Positions 44,517 through 58,790 of a stretch of 64,000 nucleotides of DNA are shown in pieces. The number at the start of each line of letters is the position of its first letter. Position 1 is the stretch's first letter. The notes under the pieces were generated by a model. It was not told the DNA's origin, ran no database searches, and saw only the letters and a program-made list of their open reading frames with translations. This stretch comes from Macrostomum lignano (lineage: Eukaryota): contig NIVC01001793.1 of NCBI GenBank assembly GCA_002269645.1, positions 62,001 to 126,000 of the forward strand. The letters are read 5' to 3'. The position numbers and the translations under genes were made by a program.

Positions 44517-47194
44517 TCAACTGCTATTGCTGGTCGGGCTGTCGCTATTGTTGTCGGACTCAACGGCGGAGGCTTCGGCAACTGGCCGGAGGGCGTCCAG
44601 CTCCGAGTACAAGAAGCTGCGCAGCCGTTCTAGGTACTGAGGAAACATTTCAATATCGTTGTGGCCAGCGCCCACAACCCACAGCGGGTCCACTGGCTTT
44701 GGCAAGCGTTCGTAGATTGTCAGGCCGTGAGCGAAGTCAATCACTTCATCGTCTGTGCCGTGGATCACTAGGCAGGGCGACTGGATCCGAGGCGCCTTCT
44801 CGATGCTGCTCAAATGGTTATTGTTATAGCGGCTGGGTTGCAGACAGCGGGCACAGGTGGTCAGAGTTAGGTTCGTTCACCATGTCTAATCACTGCTCAT
44901 TCACCATGTCTAATCACTGCTCATTCACCATGTCTAATCACTGCTCATTCACCATGTCTGATCACTGCTCATTCACCATGTCTGATCACTGCTCATTCAC
45001 CATGTCTAATCACTGCTCATTCACCATGTCTGATCACTGCTCATTCACCATGTCTAATCACTGCTCATTCACCATGTCTAATCACTGCTCATTCACCATG
45101 TCTGATCACTGCTCATTCACCATGTCTAATCACTGCTCATTCACCATGTCTAATCACTGCTCATTCACCATGTCTGATCACTGCTCATTCACCATGTCTA
45201 ATCACTGCTCATTCATCATGTCTGATCACTGCTCATTCACCATGTCTAATCACTGCTCATTCACCATGTCTAATCACTGCTCATTCATCATGTCTGATCA
45301 CTGCTCATTCACCATGTCTAATCACTGCTCATTCACCATGTCTAATCACTGCTCATTCATCATGTCTAATCACTGCTCATTCACAATTTTCACTTCAATC
45401 ACTTCTCATTCACTATTTACAATCCGGTCACTGCTCACTCGCAATGATCAATCACACTGCTCACTCGCAATGATCAATCAAACTGCTCACTCGCAATGAT
45501 CAATCACACTGCTCACTCACAATGATCAATCACACTGCTCACTCACAATGATCAATCACACTGCTCACTCACAATGATCAATCACACTGCTCAATCACAA
45601 TGATTAATCACACTGCTCACTCACAATGATCAATCACACTGCTCACTCACAATGATCAATCACACTGCTCACTCACAATGATCAATCACACTGCTTACTC
45701 ACAATGATCAATCACACTGCTCACTCACAATGATCAATCACATTGCTCACTCACAATGATCAATCACACTGCTCACTCGCAATGATCAATCACACTGCTC
45801 ACTCGCAATGATAAAACCAGACTGCTCACTCACAATGATCAATCACACTGCTCACTCGCAATGATCAATCAAACTGCTCACTCGCAATGATCAATCACAC
45901 TGCTCACTCACAATGATCAATCACACTGCTCACTCACAATGATCAAATCACACTGCTCACTCACAATCAGCCACTCACTTAGGAAACGGATCGAAGAACC
46001 AGGTTCGCTGAGTCTCTGGAAAGGCAACCCGCATGCCGGACATTAGCGGGCTGTGCAATATAACTCCGGCCACTTTATACCGGGCAGCCAAGTCAACAGT
46101 TGGCACAGTGCCAATGGACTGGCCGTACAATATAATACTCTCGGGCTGCAGTTTGTACCGGGTGAGCAGCTGGTTCCAGGCGCACTCCATATCGGCGTAC
46201 AGATTCTTTTCCAGCGGCCGGCCAGTGCTGGCGCCGTAGCCGGAATAATCGTAGCCGAACACATTGACATTGAGCCGACGGCCCAAGCCAATAAAGAAGC
46301 TGCTCATCTGGCCCAGATCGACTGCGTTGCCGTGTGAGAATAGCAGGGTGAATCGGGAGCGAGGATTCACTTTGGCCATCATGCAGGCGATGTTGTTGCC
46401 GCGAGCGGTCGGGGCCAGGAATACCTGCGTTGTGTTCAGTCATGGGTGAGGGCAACAGTAGTACAGCATGCACTTTAGGCGTTGCTATTTAAAATTTGTT
46501 AGACACGATCAATAAAGCTATCTGTCAGACAGTAAAAATACCTGTTAGACAATAAAGCTACCTGTTAGATAATAAAGCTACCTGTCAGACAATAAAGCTA
46601 CCTGTTAGTTAGACAATAAAGCTACCTGTTAGACAATAAAGCTACCTGTTAGATAATAAAGCTACCTGTCAGACAATAAAGCTACCTGTTAGTTAGACAA
46701 TAAAGCTACCTGTTAGACAATAAAGCTACCTGTTAGACAATAAAGCTACCTGTTAGACAATAAAGCTACCTGTTAGACAATAAAGCTACCTGTTAGACAA
46801 TAAAGCTACCTGTTAGACCATAAAGCTACCTGTTAGACAATAAAGCTACCTGTCAGACAATAAAGCTACCTGTCAGACAATAAAGCTACTTGTTAGACAA
46901 TAAAGCTACCTGTTAGACAATAAAGCTACCTGTTAGACCATAAAGCTACCTGTTAGACCATAAAGCTACCTGTTAGATAGCTCAGCAAAACGAGCCGCTC
47001 ACCTCTAGGCTAGCCTTATCAGGATCGCTAAACTGAAACTCAGCCCGTTCGCTGAGGTGCAGCCGCAGGTCAGGCGAGTCGCCGTCAGCAATAATTGAAT
47101 AGGTGGGCTCCGGCGGCAGGAAGGCCAGCTTAGCCGCGATGCGGGAAGGCAGCGGAGGCCAGCAGAACAGGCGGAACAGATCGGCGCAAGACAT
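44517..47194 (-). CDS. ABHD17: ABHD17-family protein depalmitoylase (alpha/beta hydrolase), 308 aa; exons 47194-47003, 46424-45979, 44805-44517
   Basis: [15 protein letters not shown]; [13 protein letters not shown]; nucleophile YGQSIG; [10 protein letters not shown]; GAGHNDIE (S-D-H triad). GT-AG introns in phases 0 and 2 (AA|C = Asn). ATG at 47194; the ORF track start is TTG. The A/B/C paralog cannot be resolved. Confidence 0.96.
44876..45965. repeat. Two adjacent related minisatellites (24-bp then 26-bp) filling ABHD17 intron 2
   Basis: CATGTCTAATCACTGCTCATTCAC (44876-45385) and AATGATCAATCACACTGCTCACTCAC (45425-45965); explains ORF 44420-45499. Confidence 0.95.
46508..46980. repeat. 20-bp minisatellite (CAATAAAGCTACCTGTTAGA) filling ABHD17 intron 1
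   Basis: Tandem units visible. Confidence 0.95.
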
Positions 47195-47399
47195 GACAAC
47201 AAATTCTGGCGGCAAGTCGAAATTGGGAAAACTGCGCCCAACTGATATTTTTTAAATTTTAAATGCCGGTTATTAGTGAACGCACAGGAACGCTCGGGGT
47301 CTCTGACTAACTGACGCTGACCGCCAGGTGCAAGGAGCGAAGATCGAACTGTAATAATTTTAGACAGGCGGGATGTCAACAGATTAAACTTATTAAGAT

Positions 47400-47924
47400 C
47401 ATAGGCGTACGAACGTTTTAAAAAGTGGGGGGGGGGCAGGTTCAGTGACGGATTTAGGGGGGGGGGGGGCAGGTTCAGTGACGGATTTAGGGGGGGGGGC
47501 GCACAAGGCGCACGTCCTTGTCGAGTTAGATTTTTTTATATGGAAAATGCACATTATCATGTACCGATTATTTTCAGAATCCATCTTGTCAGCACTCATT
47601 TGATAAAGCGCCGTAGGCACTCATTTTAGCGCCGCAGGCACCCATTTTTGCACCGCCGGCACTCATTTTAGCACCGCCGGCACTCATTTTAGCTCCACAG
47701 GCACTCATTTTAGCGCCACAGGCACGCATTTTAGCGCCGCAGGCACTAAAATGTTTTGTCGCCCTGCAGCAAAATGCATTCATGCAAAGCAGCAAAAACC
47801 AAAAATAAGCAAGAAGTCTACATTTTACATTTAAAATGTGGAGGGGAGATACCATTACTGGCCCCCCATTTTAAAAAGTGGGGGGCCATGGCCCCACTGC
47901 CCCCCCCCCGTTCCTACGCCTATG
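47400..47924. mobile_element. Non-autonomous hAT-type MITE upstream of ABHD17
   Basis: TIR CATAGGCGTACGAACG versus CATAGGCGTAGGAACG; 8-bp TSD attaagat (47392-47399) / attaatat (47925-47932); internal 21-bp repeats are the reverse complement of those in 2891-3534. Confidence 0.82.
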
Positions 47925-48907
47925 ATTAATATTATCCTTCTAGCTGAATGCAACATAGTTTTCCACGCAAATGTGACATACATGATTGGATGCCTAATAT
48001 GAGAAATGTTGAAAAAAACAAAGAAAAATTATTTTTGGTTCTTCACAAGGTCATTTTGTTCTTCTAATATACTTTAATGATGATATTATTAAAAATAATA
48101 TATATCCAAGTGTTGGGTTTCAACCTTTTGGTTTCCAAAGAATAGGAATGTATCTAAACATCAATAGGGCCCTATGCTTATATTGAAGAATATTAGGTAT
48201 ATAACTAGCAACCAGCGCCCCCCTGTTGGGGAGCCCAGCAGTCCCTTGTAAGCCTTGACATGTCAGCAATTCCCCTCCACAAGCCTTAACATATCAACTT
48301 CCCCCTTGACATCTCAGCGATGCCCCCCATAAGCCTTGAAATCTTAAAAAATCTGTCAACCTTCTAACCCTAACCCTAGCTCTAACCCTTACCCTAAAGC
48401 ATTGACATTTCAGTAATTCTCACCAAGAGTCATTATAGCACTACAGCATTATAGCGATTCCCTGCAAGCCTCGACATCGTAGGGATTCCCAAATGAATCT
48501 CTCAACTTCGACATGACGCTTCTTTTATTTTTACATGACGCTTTTTCTATAAACGACCCCCGTGAGGGGCCAACAAATATTAATGTAAAAAAGTTTTGAA
48601 TAAACTACATGTAGCTTCTGACTTTAGCCTTGACATCTCAGTTATTCCCCCATGAGCCTTGACATCTCAGCTATTCCCCGTAAGCTTTGACATCAATAGT
48701 ATTCGCCCCAAGATTCACAGCACACAGTTTCATGTGAAGTTTTTTACATGACACTTCTTTTATGTCTGACATGACACTTCTTTTATGTCTGACATGACGC
48801 TTCTTTTGTCAAGGCTTTATTATACTTTTGAATAAACTACATATTTAAACTACAGCTTCTCTTTGCAATAACCTCAACAATCCCTTGTGAGTCTTGACAC
48901 CTCAGCT

Positions 48908-51350
48908 TTGCATGCACTTGTGTTTGATCCATCTGCTAAGAATTTAGTCTATTTAGTCTATGGTTGAAACCATATATATGATAATTGGTGCAAGCTCAAG
49001 AAGAGCCTCTGCCCTTCTTTTATTCTTGAGCAAATAACGTTATACGCCCGCTGGCATCTTCACGTCAAGCAACTGATCTCGTGTCTGTTTCTACGGTGTC
49101 CCAAACAAAACATGGCGACGAGGATGGGATTTGAGCGTCTTTGAGCGTCTTGAGCGCAGGGATAACATACCCAGTCAAGAATCCTCCAATTGTTCCAGTT
49201 CTAAAGCAGGAGGGATCTGCCAGACCCATTCGCTTATGTGGAGATTATTCTCTCACCTTGAATCGCATCATTGATGCCGACAAGTACAAGTGCCAGAGCC
49301 GAAAGACAAGGACCAACTGCGTAGCGTATTGTGCACCTTCAGACATTATGGCGTGTTCTGCAAAAATTTCTCACTGATTGCACGGCCTCTGTACACACTT
49401 CTGAAGAAAGGAGTACACTGGTGTTGGAAGAATGAGCATTCAGCTGCATTTGAGAATCTGAGGACCATGATTGCCGGAGGAGCCATTACAGCGTACGACA
49501 TGAGGAAGCCGTTGTACTTAACATGTGACGCCTCGAAGGATGGCTTGGGCTACGTCCTGTCCCATGACAGAGCACAAAGGCAAGTGGTTTGGCTCGGTAG
49601 TCGGGTACTGACTCCAGCTGAAAGCAACTACGCAAACATCGAGAGGGAGGCATTGGCTATTGTGGAAGGCGTAAAATATTTCCACCAATTTCTCACTGGC
49701 CGCAAGTTCACCATCGTCTCAGACCATCGTCCGCTCCAATTCATATTCAATCAGAACAAAGTGTCAGAGAGTGTCCGCTAGACTGCAACGTTGGGCACTC
49801 CTGCTGCGAGCGTATGACTACGAGATTGTCTATGCCAAGGGTGACACTATGCATGCCGTGGACACATTGTCAAGACTTCCACTAGCAGGACAGCAAAAGG
49901 GTGCGAGGATCAACCTGCTTGATGTTAATGCACTGGATGGATTCTGGAATTCAGAGCAACTGTTGAATCGAATCGCACGTACCAACGACTCCAAACTGAA
50001 TCTGCTCAAGACGTACATACAAAAGGAATGGCCTTCCTACATTCCGTCAACAATGTTGCCCTATTCTCGAGGAAAATGGGAATACTAGCTTAAGGACCGA
50101 GATCCTACAAATGCTGCACGAAGATCATCCCAGGATTGTGAGAATGCTACGCCTAGCACGGCAATACTTCTGGTGGCCCGAGATAGACGCACAAGTTAAT
50201 GCGTTCGTACAACGATGTGTACAATGTCAGCTTCACGCCAGAAAGAGAGTCAATGCTAACTTGTTCTCGTGGTCGGACGCGCAGAATTTCTTTGAAAGAG
50301 TTCACGTTGATATTGCAACATTTAAAGGTCGCAGACTTCCGGTTAATGTCGACGCCTTTTCAAAATGGGTCGACGTCCAACATGTGAACTCAATGACGGC
50401 TTCATCAATTGTTGCCAAACATTCAAGTACACTACTGGATTACCGAAGTCCATAGTCACGGATAACTGTGGATCGTTCGTTGCTGAGGAGTTCTCCAAGT
50501 TTCTGAAAGACAATGGTGTCGAACGCGTCTGCACACCCCCAGGACACCATCAGTCCAATGACCAGGTCGAGAAGGTCATAGAAGAACTGAAGTTTTATCT
50601 GCGTAAGATGAAAGCCAACGCGGACCTCTCTGCCTTAGATCGGCACATTGCGGGATTTTGTCTCTTCCAGAACACTACACCTCATTGCAACGGATCAATA
50701 CCAGCTCTACTGATCTTTCAGCAGTTGCCAAGGACACGTTTGTCCGCCACTTGCACTGAGTGGTCGAGGCCAAGTCAGCAGCCAACTCCCGTGTTCATTT
50801 GAGTGGAGCACAAGGAGGAGCGTTTCCCTACTGAGCTGAAGTTTGCCGTTGGTTCTAATACATTTAGGGAGGCACAGGGCAGACTCGTTCATTGGTCAGA
50901 CATTCAAGCTTATACGGACCAGCTACTGGTGGCTGATTCGAAGCCCCCAGATTCAAAACTTACAGAGGTCAATCCAGCCCTCAGTGAGACCGTCACTACA
51001 CCACCCAATACCACCAGTCAGATCCAGTTAGGACCATTGCCATCTGGCGCCCAAGAACTCCATTGGAGTGTACGGGTTAGTCGACCACCTGATCGGCTTG
51101 TCTACAAGTGATTCTTTACAATGCATGACAGTCTTCTTTTGGCATTGGTGGGGTGTTACATATTTGCATGCACTTGTGTTTGATCCATCTGCTAAGAATT
51201 TAGTCTATGGTTGAAACCATATATATGATAATTGGTGCCAGCTCAAGAAGAGCCTCTACCCTTCTTTTATTCTTGAGAAAATAGCCTGCTGGCATCTTCA
51301 CGTCAAGCAATGGATCTCGTGTCTATTTCTATGGTGTCCCAAACAAAACA
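48908..51350 (+). mobile_element. Ty3/Gypsy LTR retrotransposon, internally deleted and decayed
   Basis: LTRs 48908-49112 (first ~10 nt missing) and 51154-51350 (TGTT...AACA); flanking AGCT on both sides. Fragments in RT-RNaseH-integrase order (PIVPVLK..IRLCGDY; TCDASKDGLG..EREALAIV..SDHRPL; HEDHP..WWP..CVQC; RVHVD, TDN, SNDQVEK) with stops and frameshifts; gag and protease absent. Confidence 0.95.
49113..49131 (+). other. Primer-binding site complementary to the tRNA-Ser(GCU) 3' end
   Basis: TGGCGACGAGGATGGGATT directly after the 5' LTR; complement of the recalled metazoan tRNA-Ser(GCU) end AATCCCATCCTCGTCGCCA. Confidence 0.85.
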
Positions 51351-53014
51351 AGCTATTCCCCTCGCAAGTCTTGACATCTCAGCAATGCCCCCCATAAACC
51401 TTGCAATCTGAAAAATCCCCTGTCAACCTTGAAAACTAAACTGTAACCTGAAACCCAAACCTGATATAAACCTAACCCTAAAGCCATGACATATTAGCAA
51501 TTCTTCTCCCCTAAGCCTTGACATTTTAGTGATTCCTCCCCAAGAATCACAGCACTATAGCAATTCCCTCCAAGCCTTGACATTGTAGCAATTCCCAAAT
51601 GAATCTTTTAACTTCGAAATGACTCTTATTTTATGTCTACATAATGCTTCTTTTCTTTTTTACATTACACTTCTTCTATCAGCGCCCACCCCCTATGGTG
51701 AGCCAACAAAGAATGTAAAAAAAATTAAGTAAACTGCATTTAGCTTCTGACTTTTGCCTTGACATCTCAGAAATCCATATGAATATTAATAGTCCACTTT
51801 GAAACAAATGATAGTTACTACAATAATATTTTTTTGATATGCTACAAAAGAGAAATATAAAAGAACTATTAGGAAAGACAGACAAGACATAAATTGCTAA
51901 AATATATACTTGCACACTTTAACAAAAATTGAATTTGATCTATGTTTAATCGATCTATTATAATTATTAGGTGGGCCAGATACTAAGGAACACTTTGGGA
52001 TTGCATGTATAAAATTAAAAATATTTTTAATACAATTTACAAAACTTATATTGGCATATAAATAGTACCTTTAACTTTTAAGACCCTTTTTAGATTGTAT
52101 ATTATATTAGAATTGAAATGCATATCATCTAAATCATTAATTTTTATATTTACATGTTGTAATTGCAATTTTATGGCTTTTTGAGTGATTTTTGAAAAAG
52201 AAAGATTTTTTGAGTAGATTTAAACAACTTTCAAGCTTTAATTTAAACAAAAAATGCTATAAAACCTATATATATAATATAGGAGATGATGCTATAAATG
52301 GCCATTAGTGTGGACAATGTTTAGTGCAGATAGGCCCCTAGTAGTACAGGCAGAGTCTAGCTCTAGCACACTAGCACAATCTGGTATAGGAAAGGGGATG
52401 TCTAGCACAATTCAGACCTTGGCTGCAATAAAGCTTATGATTTGTGGAAAAATCAATTAGATTTTTTTAAAAGGTAATTTAGACCAATATTGACTTAGTA
52501 AGCTAGCATTGCATTATAAATTGCAGAACCTTATGGGAGAATATTTTATTTTATCTGCTTATTAAGCTCCTTTTCAATAAAGCACAAATGATTCCCATGG
52601 AAATATGTAGCTCCTCTCCTAAGTATAATATGAGCAACAATATGCCATTTATAATGTTCTTTGAACTATATGAACCATGGTATATAGTCTTAGTACTTCT
52701 AAATATACTTTAAATACTAAAGGGAATTTAGACTTGGCAACCACTTAGTGGTCTACTAAAGGCAATGAGTGAAATAAATGGACTATATTTATACTGAACT
52801 ATATAAGAAGCTGAAATACAAGGAGTGTCCAAAAAGTATTGATATTTTTGCTCATATTGCTTTATTGCAAGCTTGAAAATCAATGAATTTGGTATCATTG
52901 GATAGAAAAAAAGTATTAGCTTCAATATGTTAAAAAAATCATCCTCATGTTGTTTTTTAAAGTTATCACTGTCTTTTTGAGCCAGGATAGCCTAGGCCTA
53001 TAGACTTACAAAAC

Positions 53015-53998
<984 letters not shown>

Positions 53999-56900
53999 TA
54001 TATATATGCCTTATGAATTCATGAAGCTAGCTAAAAATACATCAATAAATGCAAATCAACAAAATGAGGGTAACATTTTATAAGCATATGAGAGATGCTA
54101 TTTTGTCTATGATAAAATTTGTGGCCACGTCTTTTTTGTACTATAAGCTTGTTTTTTCTTCCTTTATTAGCAACCAATAGTTACAAACATGCACTCAAAA
54201 CAAGGGTAGCAACATGCAATTAACATATTATAGCATTAGAAAAAGTGGATAGGCAATTTATCATTATCTATGTAATATACATAGAGCCAAAGCAATAAGT
54301 TGTATAATGGTAAGCCTATATTATCAAAAAACTCAACAAGGTCAACTAGGCCCAATATAATTTTTTGTAAGTCTATAGGCCATCTAAGCTTAAATAGAAA
54401 AAGGTAACTTTTTAAAGCAGTATATATTGATCATTTTTACATTAAAGTTGATATTTTTTATTTTTGTACACTTTGTCAAAAACATGTCAAATGTCAAAAA
54501 CAATGCAGAAACAATAGTAAATTGTAAATATAGGTTGAATATTTAGTCTTTTTTATTATGCATTAGACCTAGGCTAACTATGACATTGTCAATTTAAGTA
54601 GCCCCACCAAGGGCTGTTTTGATATAAGGTACCAATCTATAATATTATAGTTTCATTTTCTCATGTCTGCTTAAAGTAGTGCCCAAAGAATTTTAATCAG
54701 CTGCGTACATCTGTAAAGCTTGCATTCAGCATGTGATCGATAATTTCTACTTCTGTTTTTCTAGCTGGCCAATGGAAAAGCTACGCATTAATTATACTAA
54801 GTTCTCCTTGCACGCCCACCCTAGCCTACTCTTTATCAGTTCTGTCTGGCCATGCACTCTGGGTTATTCTTAGATCCTGACTTTGTGTCCCCACCTATAG
54901 ACCCTTGCCACCTGGCACTCTTGTTTGGTTGCCTTCTCTTCTTGCCTTATTATGCCACAGCCCTAGGCCACACCTTTGCCATTCTCAGTCATGCCACTTC
55001 TACTACCTAAGCTATCTAACTCATTGTTGTATAGCCACCAATGCATTCGTTATGAATCCAACTTGTATTTTGACCTGTCTCTGTTGGCAATAAACAATAA
55101 ACCAAGTCTGCAGCCATTGATCGCATTAACATTAACTGATATTGCTATTGCTATTGCCAAGTGCTACTGCTACAAAATTGCCTCTGCAGTATTCATTTGC
55201 CTTTGCTGATTATTCTCTAGGCTGCCACTTTATTACATTACACTAGTCACTAACCATTTCATTTTTGAATTATCTAATTTTGACCATATTTGATAATGCT
55301 TAATAATCTTGAATCAACCAGGATCTATATCCTATTTGTCTACTAGAAAAGTCATATTCTTTGCCAGAAGTGGTTTAGTCTTGCATACAAAAAATGCTTC
55401 TTCAGATAACATGGCATGGGTTCTATTCTAAGCCTATGGTAATGGCTTACTGTCATATATTCTTTTCATTTTGTTGAAATCAATAATCAACATGCAAGAT
55501 CTGTGTTATAACTATTTTATTAAATTATTCTTCAAAACTACACCATCCAAAAGAAACATTAAACGATAGATCAAATTAGAACCTTTTGTATAGGCCTACC
55601 CAACCACTGCAAAACAATTCTGAAAGTGGAAGGATGCACTAATTGACTTAACTCGTTTTTTAACTGAGTCAGCTCTGATCCGTCTCTGTAGATAACAAAT
55701 TGACAAACTTTAAAGCATGCCAATTGGCTAGAAAATGAAGTGTTCTATCTTCAAAATATATGATAAAAGTGTAAAATGATGAGGTTGTAACATGACATGA
55801 CAAAGTGTCTAAAAACCATATTTTCTCTGATCCGTCTCTGTACAGGCGTAAGATTATCACAAAAACGAAGGTTTTTAATAGCTTATAATTTTTCCCTGCT
55901 ACAAACAAGTATCTGGATTTAAAAACTAAGACTAAAATCTACCTTCGACACAATGGCCGATTCTTAATTTAATTGCCGCATCAATTTAGTAAATTGAACA
56001 TTAAAATTCTACAAAACTCATGACAAATAGCGATTCAGAATTTCTTTTAATAAAAGCAAAGCTTTTTTCTCTTACTTATTATACTTTTCTCTAATACATA
56101 CTTTCTTTTCTTGTAACATGTACGCTGCTTTTGTTATAACTTTTTTGTTTGCTAGTGATTCATAGACCGTCAGACCTTGGGGCCAAAGACTTTAAGCATG
56201 AATCAACAACTGAATTAATCCATGGGACCTTCCTTCAAAAAAGGTCACAAAGATCTCAAAAACCACGCAAACCTTATAAGCATACTAAATGACAGCTGTT
56301 TGTGGCTTTAGATTAATTATTTAAGGGTACTGTAACGATATTTATACTTTTTAGAACAATTGATTATGGCAATACAAATGCAACTACGGTAGAAGTAAAT
56401 ATCAAGGAACGGTGTCATTCTGACCGGCAAGTACCATAATAATATCTCGACCTTTTATAGTAGCCCTGGCCTTTGGGTTACCACCAGCTGCTTGGCTGAA
56501 TTGCTGCATCGAGGACACTATACTGCTGCATGTATAGATGTCCTAACTTGCTCCCGTTAACCGGCAAAGTGTGTGTTTGACGGTATGAAACCTACTTACC
56601 AAAAAACGACTTATGTACGGATCGTCTACTAATTAATTACATGCAAGTCAATGTACATTTTCATTGCTCATCATGTACATGAAGGTTTTTTATAGCTGGC
56701 TGTCCACTGCACGACTTATGTACGAGCGCACATGCAAGAACAACTTAATTGATAAAGAATTAAGTACTTCTTTTATGTCGACCTGTTGCACATTTACATG
56801 TAAATAGACGCAATATTTAACAGTCCTAGCTGACGAAGCCAGATGAAAATTGAAAGCCCATACAGCCAGCTAAATCTTTTTCGATAGACATTTCATGCAA

Positions 56901-57297
56901 AGTAGGAAATAAATGGCAATTCGAGCATTACACATTTCTCATGACAAGATACGCATAAAATAATAGAGATGACTTTAAATACCCAGGAAGCACCAGACCC
57001 TGCGATATGTGAGCGTGTGTAATCATACAGTTCGTGTATAAGGAATGCGACTGATGCGACAGCAAATTGATAAGATAAAAATATTGGTTTTGTAGATCAA
57101 AGAACCTCTGCATGCACAATTATACGTGAAGATAAATTGATAATCCGATAATCCGATATGACGACTTAGGTAAAGCTAATGGCGAATGATATAGGAGAAG
57201 TAAGAATCGACGGAAAATGAAATTAAAAGTAAGCTATCAAGATAGAGACTCAGTAGGGAATACTAAGACAGCAGGTTCGTCATCAAATTAGGCGCTA

Positions 57298-58258
57298 TTA
57301 GTGCCGCTTTGTCTCTAGCAGATTCCGATAAAAGTACACGGCTGCGCAGAAGCGCAATTTTGCATCGAGTAGCGCCAAATCTGACTCGCTGTGCAGGCCG
57401 GAATTGAGAGCGGCGTCCAGCGTGTCCCTCACCGCCGGCCAGGGCGCGCCGCGACGCAACTGACAGTCAGCCAGTTGGCACCAGAGTCTGACGGAGTAGG
57501 GGCAGCAGCTCAGAGCACGGCGGTACCAGGCCAACAGACTGTTGTAGGGCATCCGGTTGGTTACTTCCTGATCGATCGAAATGTTCCAACGACATTTCGT
57601 AGTTTACATGTACTGTATTGTCGAGTAAAATTACTCTCTAGAAGAAGTTTGTAGGCCTTGTCAACCAAAGGGTTGGTGGGTCAATCCAACCAAGTAGTAG
57701 GCCAACTCAACCGAATGGTGGGTCAATCCAACCAAGTAGTAGGTCAACTCAACCGAATGGTGGGTCAATCCAACCAAGTAGTAGGTCAACTCAACCGAAT
57801 AGTGGGTCAACCCAATCGAATAGTGGGTCAACCCAATCGAATAGTGGGTCAACCCAATCGAATAATGGGTCAACCCAACCGAGTGGTGGGTCAACCCAAC
57901 TTAGTGGTGGGTCAACCGAACCGAGTGGTGGGTCAACCCAACCCGTGGTGGGTCAACCCAATCGAGTGGTAGTCTTTTCGGTGAGAGTATTCGGTCAAAC
58001 CTAAGGAGTGCTGGGTCCAACCAAAGAGTTATGGGTCATTTTAATCGAGTGATGTTCTACCCAAGGTGTTATGTGGCTACGCAGGGAGTGTTTGGGTCAG
58101 CCCGGAAGAGTGGTCGGGTCAGCCTGAGGAGAGCTGGATCACACATGGGCTTTGAAGCAAGCAGGTCTCACCAGCTGGATGAGCGCGTCAGCCCAGACAC
58201 CGCTGGGCAGGGAGTGACTCCTGCAGTCATTATCAAGTTCGAGTTGGTTGCAACTCAT
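57298..58258 (-). CDS. Short SART3-like HAT-repeat coding fragment (exons 58258-58172 and 57567-57298; 118 aa if the ATG is real)
   Basis: HSLPSGVWADALIQL|EVTNRMPYNSLLAWYRRALSCCPYSVRLWCQL...DTLDAALNSG aligns by eye with recalled human SART3 NCLVPDLW...LVLSVHNRAIRNCPWTVALWSRY...TFEKALNAG. Phase-0 intron CTG|GTGAGA...ATCAG|GAA. Ends at TAA with no strong donor. Confidence 0.6.
57660..57968. repeat. 21-bp minisatellite in the intron of the SART3-like fragment
   Basis: Alternating AACCGAATGGTGGGTCAATCC / AACCAAGTAGTAGGTCAACTC units. Confidence 0.9.
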
Positions 58259-58790
58259 GTCTCCACTGGCGAATCACAAGATTTCTGCGAGTGTGAAATC
58301 ATTGATTTGGGAATTTAGTTCAAGAATGTTGCAATGTTAGCATGAGCGAGATGATTTTATTTGCTTTAAAATCACTATACAGTATACAGGCATTGAACAG
58401 TTGAGCTTAGCTAAGTTGAGACTTGCGCCCAGTGAGGATTTACCACAGACAAGTCTCGGCAGATGAGTCTGGATCGTGCCCCCCCGCTGACTTTGCACTG
58501 AATCAATGGGCTTTTGGTCATAGACATTATCTGCGAGCGGGCTGTCGTGTGTTTCAACCTAGCTTCAACACGCATAGCCCACGGATGAAGGATGAAAGAA
58601 CATCACAGATTGCTCATCTGTGAAATGTCTATGGCCCAGAGCCATCCCCAATCTTGGGATAGTTAGTCTCCCTCTTAGACTGTTTGATAGGCTGAGTGAG
58701 TCTATAAATACTTAAGTCTTCCGCGGAAATCACTTTAGATTTCCCTCGCGTTTAAGCTGAGGACAATAAAGTTGAAGTGGGGTAAAGTAA

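Larger units (their letters stand above)
48205..51775 (-). mobile_element. Second, 5'-truncated copy of the TTAGGG-bearing Helitron-like family, interrupted by the Gypsy element
   Basis: 48205-48905 and 51351-51775 are reverse-complement collinear with ~8200-9238; same terminal hairpin, 8-nt spacer and CTAG|T. Confidence 0.7.

Noticed and set aside
52820-52930. Possible Tc1/mariner terminus (tacaaggagtgtccaaaaag...)
   Set aside because: No partner TIR or transposase found; too short to support.
58420-58790. Possible solo LTR (TATAAATA at ~58702, AATAAA at ~58765; shares ccccaat.ttgggatagt with ~9275)
   Set aside because: Could not define TG...CA ends or a TSD.
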